Positions 1 to 7,743 of a stretch of DNA of 64,000 nucleotides are shown here, piece by piece. The stretch is taken from positions 111,938 through 175,937 of the forward strand of contig CAVVIL010000003.1 of assembly GCA_963748255.1 (NCBI GenBank), read 5' to 3'. A program made the translations under genes and the position numbers. This DNA is from an uncultured Actinomycetes bacterium (GTDB lineage Bacteria > Actinomycetota > Thermoleophilia > Gaiellales > Gaiellaceae). The notes beneath the pieces are model-generated. The model worked only from the letters and a program-made list of their open reading frames with translations. It did not search any database and was not told the DNA's origin. Each line of letters begins with the position of its first letter. Within the stretch, counting starts at the first letter, position 1.

Positions 1-219
1 CGCCGAGCCCCGACGAGAACGCATGCCCGTGGGCGGCGTTCTCGAGGGAGGCGAGGCACTCCTCCAGCGCGGTGCGCGTGGGGTTCGCGACGCGCGCGTA
101 GTCGTAGCCCTTGTTGACGCCGACCGCCTCCTGCGCGAACGTCGAGGTCTGGTAGATCGGCGTCGTCACCGAGCCGGTCGCCGGGTCGGGCTCCTGCCCC
201 GCGTGGATCGCGCGCGTCT
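1..219 (-). CDS. PLP-dependent Cys/Met-metabolism enzyme (cystathionine gamma-synthase/lyase or O-acylhomoserine sulfhydrylase family); N-terminal fragment, gene runs off the window
   Basis: Reverse-strand translation from ATG at 219 gives MEFETRAIHAGQEPDPATGSVTTPIYQTSTFAQ...YDYARVANPTRTALEECLASLE. This is the canonical N-terminus of the family. Confidence 0.8.
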
Positions 220-249
220 CGAACTCCATCGCGGCAATCGTAGCCCCGC

Positions 250-1429
250 TCAGCCCGAGCGCAGAGCCCGCGCCCAGGCGCGCGGGAGCCGGCTGGGGAG
301 CTCCACGGACGTCGCGCCGACCCAGCGCGCCAGCTCGTCGATCGCGGCCCGGACCGGCGCGCCGGCATCGTCGGGCGCGCCGCGCTCGGCCCAGAGGCCG
401 TTGACGCGGAGCACGCCCGTCTTCCGGTCGAGGACGGGGTCGACCCGGCCGACGAGCTGGGTGCCGTGGAGGATCGGCAGCACGTAGTAGCCGTACTCGC
501 GCTTGGCCGGCGTCACGTACATCTCGAGCCGGTAGTCGAAGTCGAAGAGCTCGCGCGCGCGGTCGCGGTTGTAGACGAGCCGGTCGAACGGGGAGAGCAG
601 GACCGTGCGGGCAACCCCGGGCTCGCGCCCGAGCAGGTCGCGGTGGGCCCACCACTCGCCGTCCAGCCCTGCGACCCGGACCGGGACGGCGACCTCCTCG
701 CGGACGAGCGCGCGGAACGCGGCGTCCGCCCCGGGTGGGTTGCCGTCGAGCTGGCGCCCGAACTCGCCGCGGCGGGCGACGCCGATGCGGCGGAGGCCGC
801 CCTCGACGACGGCGCGGGCGACCTCGGCCGGCCGCCAGCGCGGCTCGTCGCGCGGCAGACGCCGCTCGGCGAGGTCCCAGACGCGCTCGTTGCCATCCCG
901 CCCCGCGATCGCGATGTCGCCCCGGAACCAGAGGATGTCGAGCATCCGGCCGAGCGCCTTCCCGTCGTTCCAGCCTCCCGTCCGCCACTGCACGGCCGCG
1001 CGGTCCTCGAGGTCCCGCGAGAGAAGCGGCCCGCGGCGCCGCAGCTCGCGGAGGACGTACCGGCGGAACGCGGCGTTCGCCGCGAGCCACTCGCGGACGT
1101 ACCGCGCCCGCGTCAGGTCGCCGCGCGGATACCGGCGCATGGACTCGCGGTGGATCCCGTAGTCCGTCGTCGGGACGATGTGCGCCCAGTACTCGAAGAG
1201 CGTCGCCCCGCTCGAGCGCGCCGGCCAGCTCCGAGACGTCGTACGGGCCGAGCCGGCTGAAGAGCACCATGCGCTCGGCCCGGGCGATGGACGCGACGGG
1301 GTCGACCTGCACGGAGCCGAGCGCGCGGACGACCTCGGTCACGGTGCCCGGTCCCCGCCCGTCCAGCAGCTGGGCCGCGACGGCGAGCCGGCGCGCCTCG
1401 GCGACGGACAGCTCGGCCTGTGCCGTCAC
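250..1429 (-). pseudogene. YcaQ/AlkZ-like winged-helix DNA glycosylase (DUF1006), reading frame broken near 1200 (frameshift or assembly indel)
   Basis: Segment 1429 to ~1202 has a GTG start and reads VTAQAELSVAEARRLAVAAQLLDG...VQVDPVASIARAERMVLFSRLGPYD...ERGD. Segment ~1200 to 250 reads LFEYWAHIVPTTDYG...EYGYYVLPILHGTQLVGRVD. Both are YcaQ-like but sit in frames offset by one base. The GTG start overlaps the stop of the upstream paralog (GTGA at 1426-1429). Confidence 0.7.
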
Positions 1430-2565
1430 CGGACGACGCGCTCCAGGCCGATGAGGCGGCGGAGCCGGTCGAGGGCGCGGTCGAGCGCCTCGTCGAGCGC
1501 CTTGCTGGCGCGCACGCCCGGCTCCCGGTGGAACACGCGGACGACGAGCTCGCCGCGCGCCCGCTCCGACTTGAGGTCGGCGCGGCCGACGATCCGGTCG
1601 CGCCAGAGGAGCGGGAGCACGTAGTAGCCGAACCTGCGCTGGGGCGCGGGCTTGTAGACCTCGATCAGGTGGTCGAACCCGAGGGCCCGCCGCGCGAACG
1701 GGCGGTCCCAGAGCAGGTTGTCGAACGGGGAGAGCAGCACGGCGCCGGCCGGGGCCGGAGGGTCGAGCGGCGCGCCCGCGGCGACCAGCACCGGGGCGCC
1801 GCCGTCCTCGACCGCGTGGCGCTCGAGCAGCCCGTCGCCGACCAGGGAGGCGACCGCCGCGCGGACGCGCGCGACGCCGCCCTTCAGGCGCCAGTGCTCG
1901 ACGACGCCGCTCTCGGTCAGGACGCCGCGGGCGCGGACGGCCCGGAGGGTGAGCTCGCGCAGGCGCTCCGGCTCGGGCGGCGTCGGGGCGCCGAGCACCG
2001 TCGGCGAGAGGACGCGCTCCGGGAGGTCGTAGAGGCGCTGGAACCCCTGGCGGCCCGCGACCACGAGCTCGCCGTGGTTCCAGAGCAGCTCGAGCATCTG
2101 CTTCGCGGGCTTCCAGCCCCACATCTCGCCCTGCCGCGCTGCGCCGTCGAAGTGCCTCGAGCCGAGCGGCCCGCGGCCGCGGATCTCGTCGAGGACGTGC
2201 TCGCGGAGGTGGGGGTGGGTGCGGTCGATCTCGCCGTACCAGCGCCTCCCGCCGACCTCCATCGCGGGCCGGAGGAGCGGCCAGTCCTCGGCGGGCAGCA
2301 GGCACGCCTCGTGCGCCCAGTACTCGATCAGGCGCCCGTCGCCGAGGAGGCGGCTGACCGCCGTCCGTGGGAACGCGCCGACGCGACCGCCGAGCGCGAT
2401 CCGGTGGCTGCGCTCGACGGTCGAGATCGAGTCCAGCTGGACGCACGACAGCTGCCGCACGGCACGCTCGACCTCCGCGGTGGTGCCCGTGCGGTGCCGC
2501 GGCGCATAGCCCTGGGCCGAGATCGCGAGCCGCCGCACGGCGGTGAGGGACATCGCGGCCGGCAC
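1426..2565 (-). CDS. YcaQ/AlkZ-like winged-helix DNA glycosylase (DUF1006 family)
   Basis: Intact 379-aa ORF. Motifs: LSCVQLDSISTVERSHRIAL, IEYWAHEACLLP, FGYYVLPLLWRDRIVGRADLK. Paralogous to the downstream broken copy. Confidence 0.85.
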   Translation of the reverse strand: MPAAMSLTAVRRLAISAQGYAPRHRTGTTAEVERAVRQLSCVQLDSISTVERSHRIALGGRVGAFPRTAVSRLLGDGRLIEYWAHEACLLPAEDWPLLRPAMEVGGRRWYGEIDRTHPHLREHVLDEIRGRGPLGSRHFDGAARQGEMWGWKPAKQMLELLWNHGELVVAGRQGFQRLYDLPERVLSPTVLGAPTPPEPERLRELTLRAVRARGVLTESGVVEHWRLKGGVARVRAAVASLVGDGLLERHAVEDGGAPVLVAAGAPLDPPAPAGAVLLSPFDNLLWDRPFARRALGFDHLIEVYKPAPQRRFGYYVLPLLWRDRIVGRADLKSERARGELVVRVFHREPGVRASKALDEALDRALDRLRRLIGLERVVR

Positions 2566-2619
2566 ACGGGTGTTCTACACCGCGGGTTCCGACCGACCCG
2601 CCTGTCACTGTTCGGCCCG

Positions 2620-3141
2620 ATGCGCAGGTTCGTCCTGGTGTGCCTGGTCATCCTCGCGGCCGCCTACGTCATCGGAGTGCCGTGGTTCCTCCTCACCGAC
2701 GACGACCCGCTCCCCGAAGGGGCCGATGCCGTCGTCGTCCTGTCCGGGCCCGACAACCTCGTGTCCGCGGGGGAGACGCTCGTGGGCGGCGGGATCGCCC
2801 CGACGCTCGTCGTCTCGGCGAGCCGCTCGGGGGGCGGCGACTATCGGGCCGACTACTGCCGCGCAAAGCCGGACGACGTCGTGTGCATCTACGCCGGCCC
2901 CTTCTCGACGCCCGGCGAGGCACAGGCGATCACCGAGCTCGCGAAGAACCGGGACTGGGACACCATCGTCCTCGTCACGACGCAGGTCGACCGCCAGCTG
3001 GCGGAGCGCGTCTTCCGGCGGTGCGGCGACTTCCGGGCGGTCGCCAGCGGCGTCGACCAGCCCTGGTGGCGAGACATCGTCGGCGTCCCGCTCGAATGGC
3101 TGAAGCTCGCGGTCGCCGAGACCGTCCGCCGAGGCTGCTGA
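2620..3141 (+). CDS. YdcF/DUF218 family protein with N-terminal membrane anchor
   Basis: ATG at 2620. N-terminal TM helix (MRRFVLVCLVILAAAYVIGVPWFLL), then ADAVVVLSG...APTLVVSASR...STPGEAQAI...VLVTT, typical of the DUF218 fold. Confidence 0.75.
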   Translation: MRRFVLVCLVILAAAYVIGVPWFLLTDDDPLPEGADAVVVLSGPDNLVSAGETLVGGGIAPTLVVSASRSGGGDYRADYCRAKPDDVVCIYAGPFSTPGEAQAITELAKNRDWDTIVLVTTQVDRQLAERVFRRCGDFRAVASGVDQPWWRDIVGVPLEWLKLAVAETVRRGC

Positions 3142-3162
3142 ACCGGCGGCTATCGTCGGGCG

Positions 3163-3693
3163 ATGGCCGGCGACGAGCCGCTCGACACCGAGGAGGAGCT
3201 CCGCGAGAAGCGGGACCAGGAGCTCATCGAGCTCCTCAACGAGATCCGCGTCGGGCTCTCCGGCGCGAGCGTCCTCTTCGGCTTCCTCCTGATCGTCCCG
3301 TTCAGCGCCGCCTGGGAGAAGACCACCCGCGAGATGAAGACGGCGTACGTCGTCTCGTTCCTGATGACCCTCGTCGCCGTCGTGGCGCTGATGGCACCGA
3401 CGGTCTACCACCGCCTCCGCTGGCGCGAGCGCAACAAGGAGCGCATGCTCCGCGCCGCCAACCTCTCGACGATCATCGGGATGACCGCGCTCGCCCTCGC
3501 GATGACGGCGGGGGTCTTCCTCGTGATCGACTCGGTCGTCAGCCAGGGCTGGGCGATCGTGATGACGATCGCGTCCGCGGTCGTCTTCGTCGGCCTGTGG
3601 CTGGTCGTCCCCCTCACCGGGCGGTACGACCGCTGGGACGACCACCTCGACGAGGACGGTCGGCCGTCGCGCGAGGACGCGGCGGGCCGCTAG
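3163..3693 (+). CDS. Integral membrane protein, DUF6328-like
   Basis: 176-aa ORF. Acidic N-terminus (EEELREKRDQELIELLNEIRV) followed by several hydrophobic helices. Family call is from memory of the DUF6328 pattern. Confidence 0.6.
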   Translation: MAGDEPLDTEEELREKRDQELIELLNEIRVGLSGASVLFGFLLIVPFSAAWEKTTREMKTAYVVSFLMTLVAVVALMAPTVYHRLRWRERNKERMLRAANLSTIIGMTALALAMTAGVFLVIDSVVSQGWAIVMTIASAVVFVGLWLVVPLTGRYDRWDDHLDEDGRPSREDAAGR

Positions 3694-3694
3694 C

Positions 3695-4693
3695 TCACTC
3701 GCCCGGCGTCTCGCCCTGGAGGATCGCGGCGAGAGTCTCCGCGTCGATGTTGCCTCCCGAGACGATGCAGACGACCCGGCCCTCGCCGCCGTGACCGGCG
3801 AGCGCGGCGGCGAGCGCCAGCCCGCCTGCGCCCTCCGCGACGACGCGCGCCCGGGTCGCGAGCTGACGGACGGCCGCGGCGGTGTCGCGGAGCGGCACGG
3901 CGACGGCACCCGCGAGCAGCGGCCGGGCGCGCTCCCACATCGCCGGGAGGAGCGCCTTGGAGCCGGCGCCGTCGACGAACGAGGCGCGGTACTCGACCGT
4001 CCTCGGCTCGCCCGCCGCGAACGACGCGGCGAGGGGCGCACCGGTGTCCGGCTCGCATGCGATCACCTCTGTCGCGGGCGAGACCGCCGCCAACGCGCTC
4101 GCGATGCCGGTCGAGAGCCCACCCCCGCCCCAGGGCACGAGCACGGTGTCGATCGCGTCGAGGCGCTCGGCCAGCTCGAGCCCGATCACTCCGTTGCCCG
4201 CCATCACGCGCTCGTCGAGCACCGGGTGGACGAAGAGGCCGCCGAGCCCGGGGTAGGCGCCCGCCTCCATCGTCTCCCACCAGCGGTCGAAGGGGACGAG
4301 CTCGACGCGGCCGCCGAGCCGCTCGATCGCGTCGAGCTTCGCGCGAGGCGCGTGGTCGGGCGCGACGACGGTCGCGGGCACCCCGAGCTCGCGCGCGACC
4401 CAGCAGACGCCCTGCGCCATGTTCCCCGCGCTCGTCGTCCAGACCCCGTCGCGCCACTCGGACGCATCCGCCTGGCGGATCGCGCTCGACGCGCCGCGCA
4501 GCTTGAAGCTGCCGATCGGCTGGAGGCACTCGAGCTTCAGCCAGAGCTCGCAGGGCGCGTCGAGCTCGAGCCGCACGAGCGGGGTCTCGACGACGACATC
4601 GGCGGTGAGCGCCCGGGCGCGCTCGATCGCCTCGAGCGGGATCAGAACGGCACCTCGACGCCGAGGCCCAGGTCGCGGGCGCGTCCGACGCAC
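3695..4693 (-). CDS. Fold-type II PLP enzyme, threonine/serine dehydratase-like (EutB-like)
   Basis: LKLECLQPIGSFKLRGA (PLP-lysine motif), SAGNMAQG, VPWGGGGLSTG glycine loop. The start is uncertain. The only canonical in-frame start is GTG at 4693, which overlaps the upstream gene by 52 nt. A CTG at 4645 would give a CTGA stop/start junction. Confidence 0.8.
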   Translation of the reverse strand: MRRTRPRPGPRRRGAVLIPLEAIERARALTADVVVETPLVRLELDAPCELWLKLECLQPIGSFKLRGASSAIRQADASEWRDGVWTTSAGNMAQGVCWVARELGVPATVVAPDHAPRAKLDAIERLGGRVELVPFDRWWETMEAGAYPGLGGLFVHPVLDERVMAGNGVIGLELAERLDAIDTVLVPWGGGGLSTGIASALAAVSPATEVIACEPDTGAPLAASFAAGEPRTVEYRASFVDGAGSKALLPAMWERARPLLAGAVAVPLRDTAAAVRQLATRARVVAEGAGGLALAAALAGHGGEGRVVCIVSGGNIDAETLAAILQGETPGE

Positions 4694-5601
4694 AGGGCCG
4701 CCGCGGCGAGGTCCTCGACGGCCAGGCCGAGCGACTTGAACACCGTCAGCTCGTCGTCCGAGCTCCGCCCCGGGTGCGCCCCGACGAGGAGCTCCCCGAG
4801 CTCGGCCCGGATGTGGTCGGGCCCGATGCCCGCCTCCTCGACCGCCCGCAGGTAGTCGCCGGACTCGTTGACCGTCGACTCTCGCCGGTCGACGAAGAGC
4901 GACGCCTCGGCGACGACGGCCGCCTCGAGCTCGCGGGCGGAGGGAACGGACGACCCGACGGCGTTGACGTGCGCGCCCGGCGCGAGCCACGCGCGCCGGA
5001 GGATCGGGTCGCGTGCGGCCGTGCACGTGCAGACGATCTCCGCGTCGGCGACAGCCTCCTCGACGGTCGCGCAGACGACCGCGTGCGACTCGAGCGCGAG
5101 CGCCTCGGCGTGCGCGGGATCGCGGCTCCAGACGCGGAGCTCGGGGTCGTCGACCACGGTCCGCATCGCGTGCGCGTGGGAGCGTCCCTGGACGCCGGAC
5201 CCGAGGATCGCGATGCGACGCGCCCCGGGCCGGGCGAGGAGCTTCGTCGCGACCGCGGACACTGCGGCGGTGCGGATCTCGGTGATCGCGGACGCGTTCA
5301 GCACCGCCTGCAGAACGCCCGTCGCGCCGTCGTGGAGGAGCACGGCGCCCTGGTGCGGGTCGAGCCCGTGACTCGCGTTCGCGGGCGCGATCACGATCTC
5401 CTTGAGCGAGAACAGCGGGTTCGTGCCGCCGCGGTGCGCGGGCATCAGCCCCAGGAGCTGCTCGCCGCCGGGGCGGAAGACGAAGCGCAGCGGCATCGCG
5501 AGCTCGTCGCGCGCGAGCGCCGCGAGCGCCTCCTCCATCGCCTCGATGCACGACTCCATGTCGAGGACCGCCCGCACGTCCTGCTCCGAGAGCACGAGCA
5601 T
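4642..5601 (-). CDS. Ornithine cyclodeaminase / mu-crystallin family NAD(P)-dependent enzyme
   Basis: 320 aa: MLVLSEQDVRAVLDMESCIEAMEEAL..., Rossmann motif IAILGSGVQGRSH, C-terminal ELTVFKSLGLAVEDLA. The ATG at 5601 lies 2 nt from the stop of the upstream AKR. Confidence 0.85.
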   Translation of the reverse strand: MLVLSEQDVRAVLDMESCIEAMEEALAALARDELAMPLRFVFRPGGEQLLGLMPAHRGGTNPLFSLKEIVIAPANASHGLDPHQGAVLLHDGATGVLQAVLNASAITEIRTAAVSAVATKLLARPGARRIAILGSGVQGRSHAHAMRTVVDDPELRVWSRDPAHAEALALESHAVVCATVEEAVADAEIVCTCTAARDPILRRAWLAPGAHVNAVGSSVPSARELEAAVVAEASLFVDRRESTVNESGDYLRAVEEAGIGPDHIRAELGELLVGAHPGRSSDDELTVFKSLGLAVEDLAAAALCVGRARDLGLGVEVPF

Positions 5602-5603
5602 GC

Positions 5604-6578
5604 TCACGCCGCGATCGCCTCGATGCGGGAGACCTCGTCCGCCGCGAGGCGGAGCCCGACGGCTTCGGTGACCGGCGCCAGCTGCGCGACGGTGTTCGGC
5701 CCGACCACGACGGCGGTGACCTCGGCGACCTCCAGCAGCCACGCGATGGCGAGCGCGGCGAGCGACGCCCCCCGCGCCGCCGCGAGGCCCTCGAGCTCCT
5801 CGAGCGCGTCGAACGTCGCGTCGTTCCGGAACCGCTCGCTGCCCTCGGGCCGCATCGTCATGCGCGTGCCGGGCGGGGCCGGCTCCCCGCGGCGGTACTT
5901 GCCGGTCAGCCAGCCGCCGGCGAGGGGGCTGTAGGGCGTGTACCCGAGCCCGTGCTCGTGGCAGAGCGGGAAGACCGTCTCGCGGTCGTCCTGGACGAGC
6001 AGCGAGAACGCGTTCTGCACCCACTCGTAGCGGGTGAGCCCCTCGAGGGCCGAGAGCTCGAGCGCCTCCGCGAGCTGGTCGGCGGTGAAGTTCGAGGCGC
6101 CGACCGCGCCGACGAGGCCGTCGCGGACGAGGTCGTCGAACGCCTGCAGCGTCTCCTCCTGCGGCACGTCCGGGTCGAAGTCGTGGGCGAGGTAGAGCGG
6201 GACGCGCTCGAGCCCGAGCCGGAGCAGGCTGGACTCGAGCTGCCGTCGGATGCGCGTCGCCCGGAGGCCGCGGTCGGCTCCCTCGGTCATCGGGTTGAAC
6301 GTCTTCGTGGCGACGACGACCCGGTCGCGGACCTCGGCCCCCTTCGTCGCGAGCCACGCCCCGATGAACGACTCGCTGCGGCCGCCGCCGTACGCGTCGG
6401 CCGTATCGAAGGTCGTGACGCCGAGCTCCCACGCCTCGTCGAGCAGCCTGAACGCCTCCTCGCGCGTCGTCCCCTGACCGAAGAACGCCGGCGCGGAGCC
6501 GATGCCGCCGAAGTTGCCGCAGCCGAGGATCACCCGCGAGACGGCGACCCCGCTGCGTCCGAGCGCCCGCTCCTCCAC
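5604..6578 (-). CDS. Aldo/keto reductase
   Basis: 324 aa: LGRSGVAVSRVILGCGNFGG...FDTADAYGGGRSE...LYLAHDFDPDVP...GASNF. Classic AKR motifs. Confidence 0.9.
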   Translation of the reverse strand: MEERALGRSGVAVSRVILGCGNFGGIGSAPAFFGQGTTREEAFRLLDEAWELGVTTFDTADAYGGGRSESFIGAWLATKGAEVRDRVVVATKTFNPMTEGADRGLRATRIRRQLESSLLRLGLERVPLYLAHDFDPDVPQEETLQAFDDLVRDGLVGAVGASNFTADQLAEALELSALEGLTRYEWVQNAFSLLVQDDRETVFPLCHEHGLGYTPYSPLAGGWLTGKYRRGEPAPPGTRMTMRPEGSERFRNDATFDALEELEGLAAARGASLAALAIAWLLEVAEVTAVVVGPNTVAQLAPVTEAVGLRLAADEVSRIEAIAA

Positions 6579-6599
6579 CGGGCGATCGTACGTGGCCGC

Positions 6600-7010
6600 C
6601 TAGCCCGCGTCCCGCAGCTCGCGTCGCCAGACGAGCCGGAGGCCCGACCACGTGGCGTCGATCGCGGCGACCTTCGTGTCGACGAGGCCCAGCGGGAGCG
6701 CGACGTCGCGGACGACGTCCTCGGTGACGTCGGTCGGCACCTTCGAGGCCCGCTTCGGCCAGGCGACCCAGAGCATGCGGTCGGGGAAGATCGCCCGGCC
6801 GAGCGCCTCGACGTGCCGGGCGAGCTCCTCGCGGGCGACCGTGAAGACGAGGACGACGTCGGCTGCCGCCGGATCGGCGACGCGGCGGGCGCCGGCGGGA
6901 AGCTCACCGAGGAGGGCGTCCGCGTCGTCGGGCCCCGCGACGATCGCGAACGTGCCGCCTTCGGCGATCCCGAGCTTCCGCGGGAGCGGCGTGCCCGAGT
7001 AGCCGCTCAT
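6600..7010 (-). CDS. DUF3052 domain protein
   Basis: 136 aa starting MSGYSGTPLPRKLGIAEGGTFAIV...LWVAWPKRASKVPTD. The ATG overlaps the stop of the upstream SWIM gene (ATGA at 7007-7010). Confidence 0.7.
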   Translation of the reverse strand: MSGYSGTPLPRKLGIAEGGTFAIVAGPDDADALLGELPAGARRVADPAAADVVLVFTVAREELARHVEALGRAIFPDRMLWVAWPKRASKVPTDVTEDVVRDVALPLGLVDTKVAAIDATWSGLRLVWRRELRDAG

Positions 7011-7738
7011 CCCCCGTCGGGCGCGGTCTCCGCGAAGGCGCGGTACGCGGGCGCGAGGGCGTCGGCGAGGTCGACCTCGCCGACCCGGATCCCGCTCCGG
7101 CCCAGGCGCTTCACGACCGCGCCGGCCGGCAGCGGCCGCGTGGGCGGCGGGACGGGGATGGGGCCGGCCTGCCACGGATCGTCCGACCGCGCAGCGCGCG
7201 GCAGGGCGGGCTCGCAGCCGCGGAACCGCAGGAGGAGCGACGGATCCTCGTCGAGCGCGTGCGCGACGACGAACGCGAGCGCAGCGACGTGCTTGCAGAC
7301 CGGGGAGCGCTGTCCGTCGGGGCACGTGCAGCTCCGCCGCAGCAGGCGCGACGACGGGACGAGGGCCTGCTCGAGCTCCGTCTCCATCCAGTGCGCGAGG
7401 TGGACGGACTGCGTCACGCCCTCGACGCCCTGCTCGCGCTCGGGGCGGCCACGTGCCTCGCGCACGACGCGCGCCCAGACGGTCGGCGGGACGGGCGCCG
7501 CCTCGAGCGACACGGCGTAGAACCCGCCGCTCGAGCTCGCGACCTCGCCCTCGATTGCTCCCTCGGCGACGGAGACGGCGCCGACGCCGCCCGCGCGGGC
7601 GAGCTCGCGTCCGCGGGCGGCCCGCTCGGAGCCCTCGTCCGGCACGGCCGCGCTCGCGAACCAGCGGGCCCAGGCGCCGGACCCGATCCGGTCGTCCCCG
7701 GGCGGGACGACGACCGGGAGGCCGTCGTTCAGCGTCAC
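7007..7738 (-). CDS. SWIM zinc-finger protein (partner of SNF2 helicase)
   Basis: GTG start at 7738. CTCPDGQRSPVCKHVAALAF matches the CxCx(n)CxH SWIM signature. Lies immediately downstream of the SNF2 helicase. Confidence 0.75.
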   Translation of the reverse strand: MTLNDGLPVVVPPGDDRIGSGAWARWFASAAVPDEGSERAARGRELARAGGVGAVSVAEGAIEGEVASSSGGFYAVSLEAAPVPPTVWARVVREARGRPEREQGVEGVTQSVHLAHWMETELEQALVPSSRLLRRSCTCPDGQRSPVCKHVAALAFVVAHALDEDPSLLLRFRGCEPALPRAARSDDPWQAGPIPVPPPTRPLPAGAVVKRLGRSGIRVGEVDLADALAPAYRAFAETAPDGG

Positions 7739-7743
7739 GGGCC

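Noticed and set aside
23-487. Plus-strand 154-aa ORF at the left edge.
   Set aside because: It is antisense to the clearly recognisable PLP-enzyme N-terminus (1-219) and the YcaQ C-terminus, and has low-complexity Arg-rich composition.
3695-5601. Possible SbnA/SbnB-type 2,3-diaminopropionate synthesis pair (PLP enzyme plus OCD-like dehydrogenase).
   Set aside because: The PLP enzyme has the threonine/serine-dehydratase lysine motif (SFKLRG), not the cysteine-synthase/SbnA-type motif. No siderophore synthetase genes are nearby.
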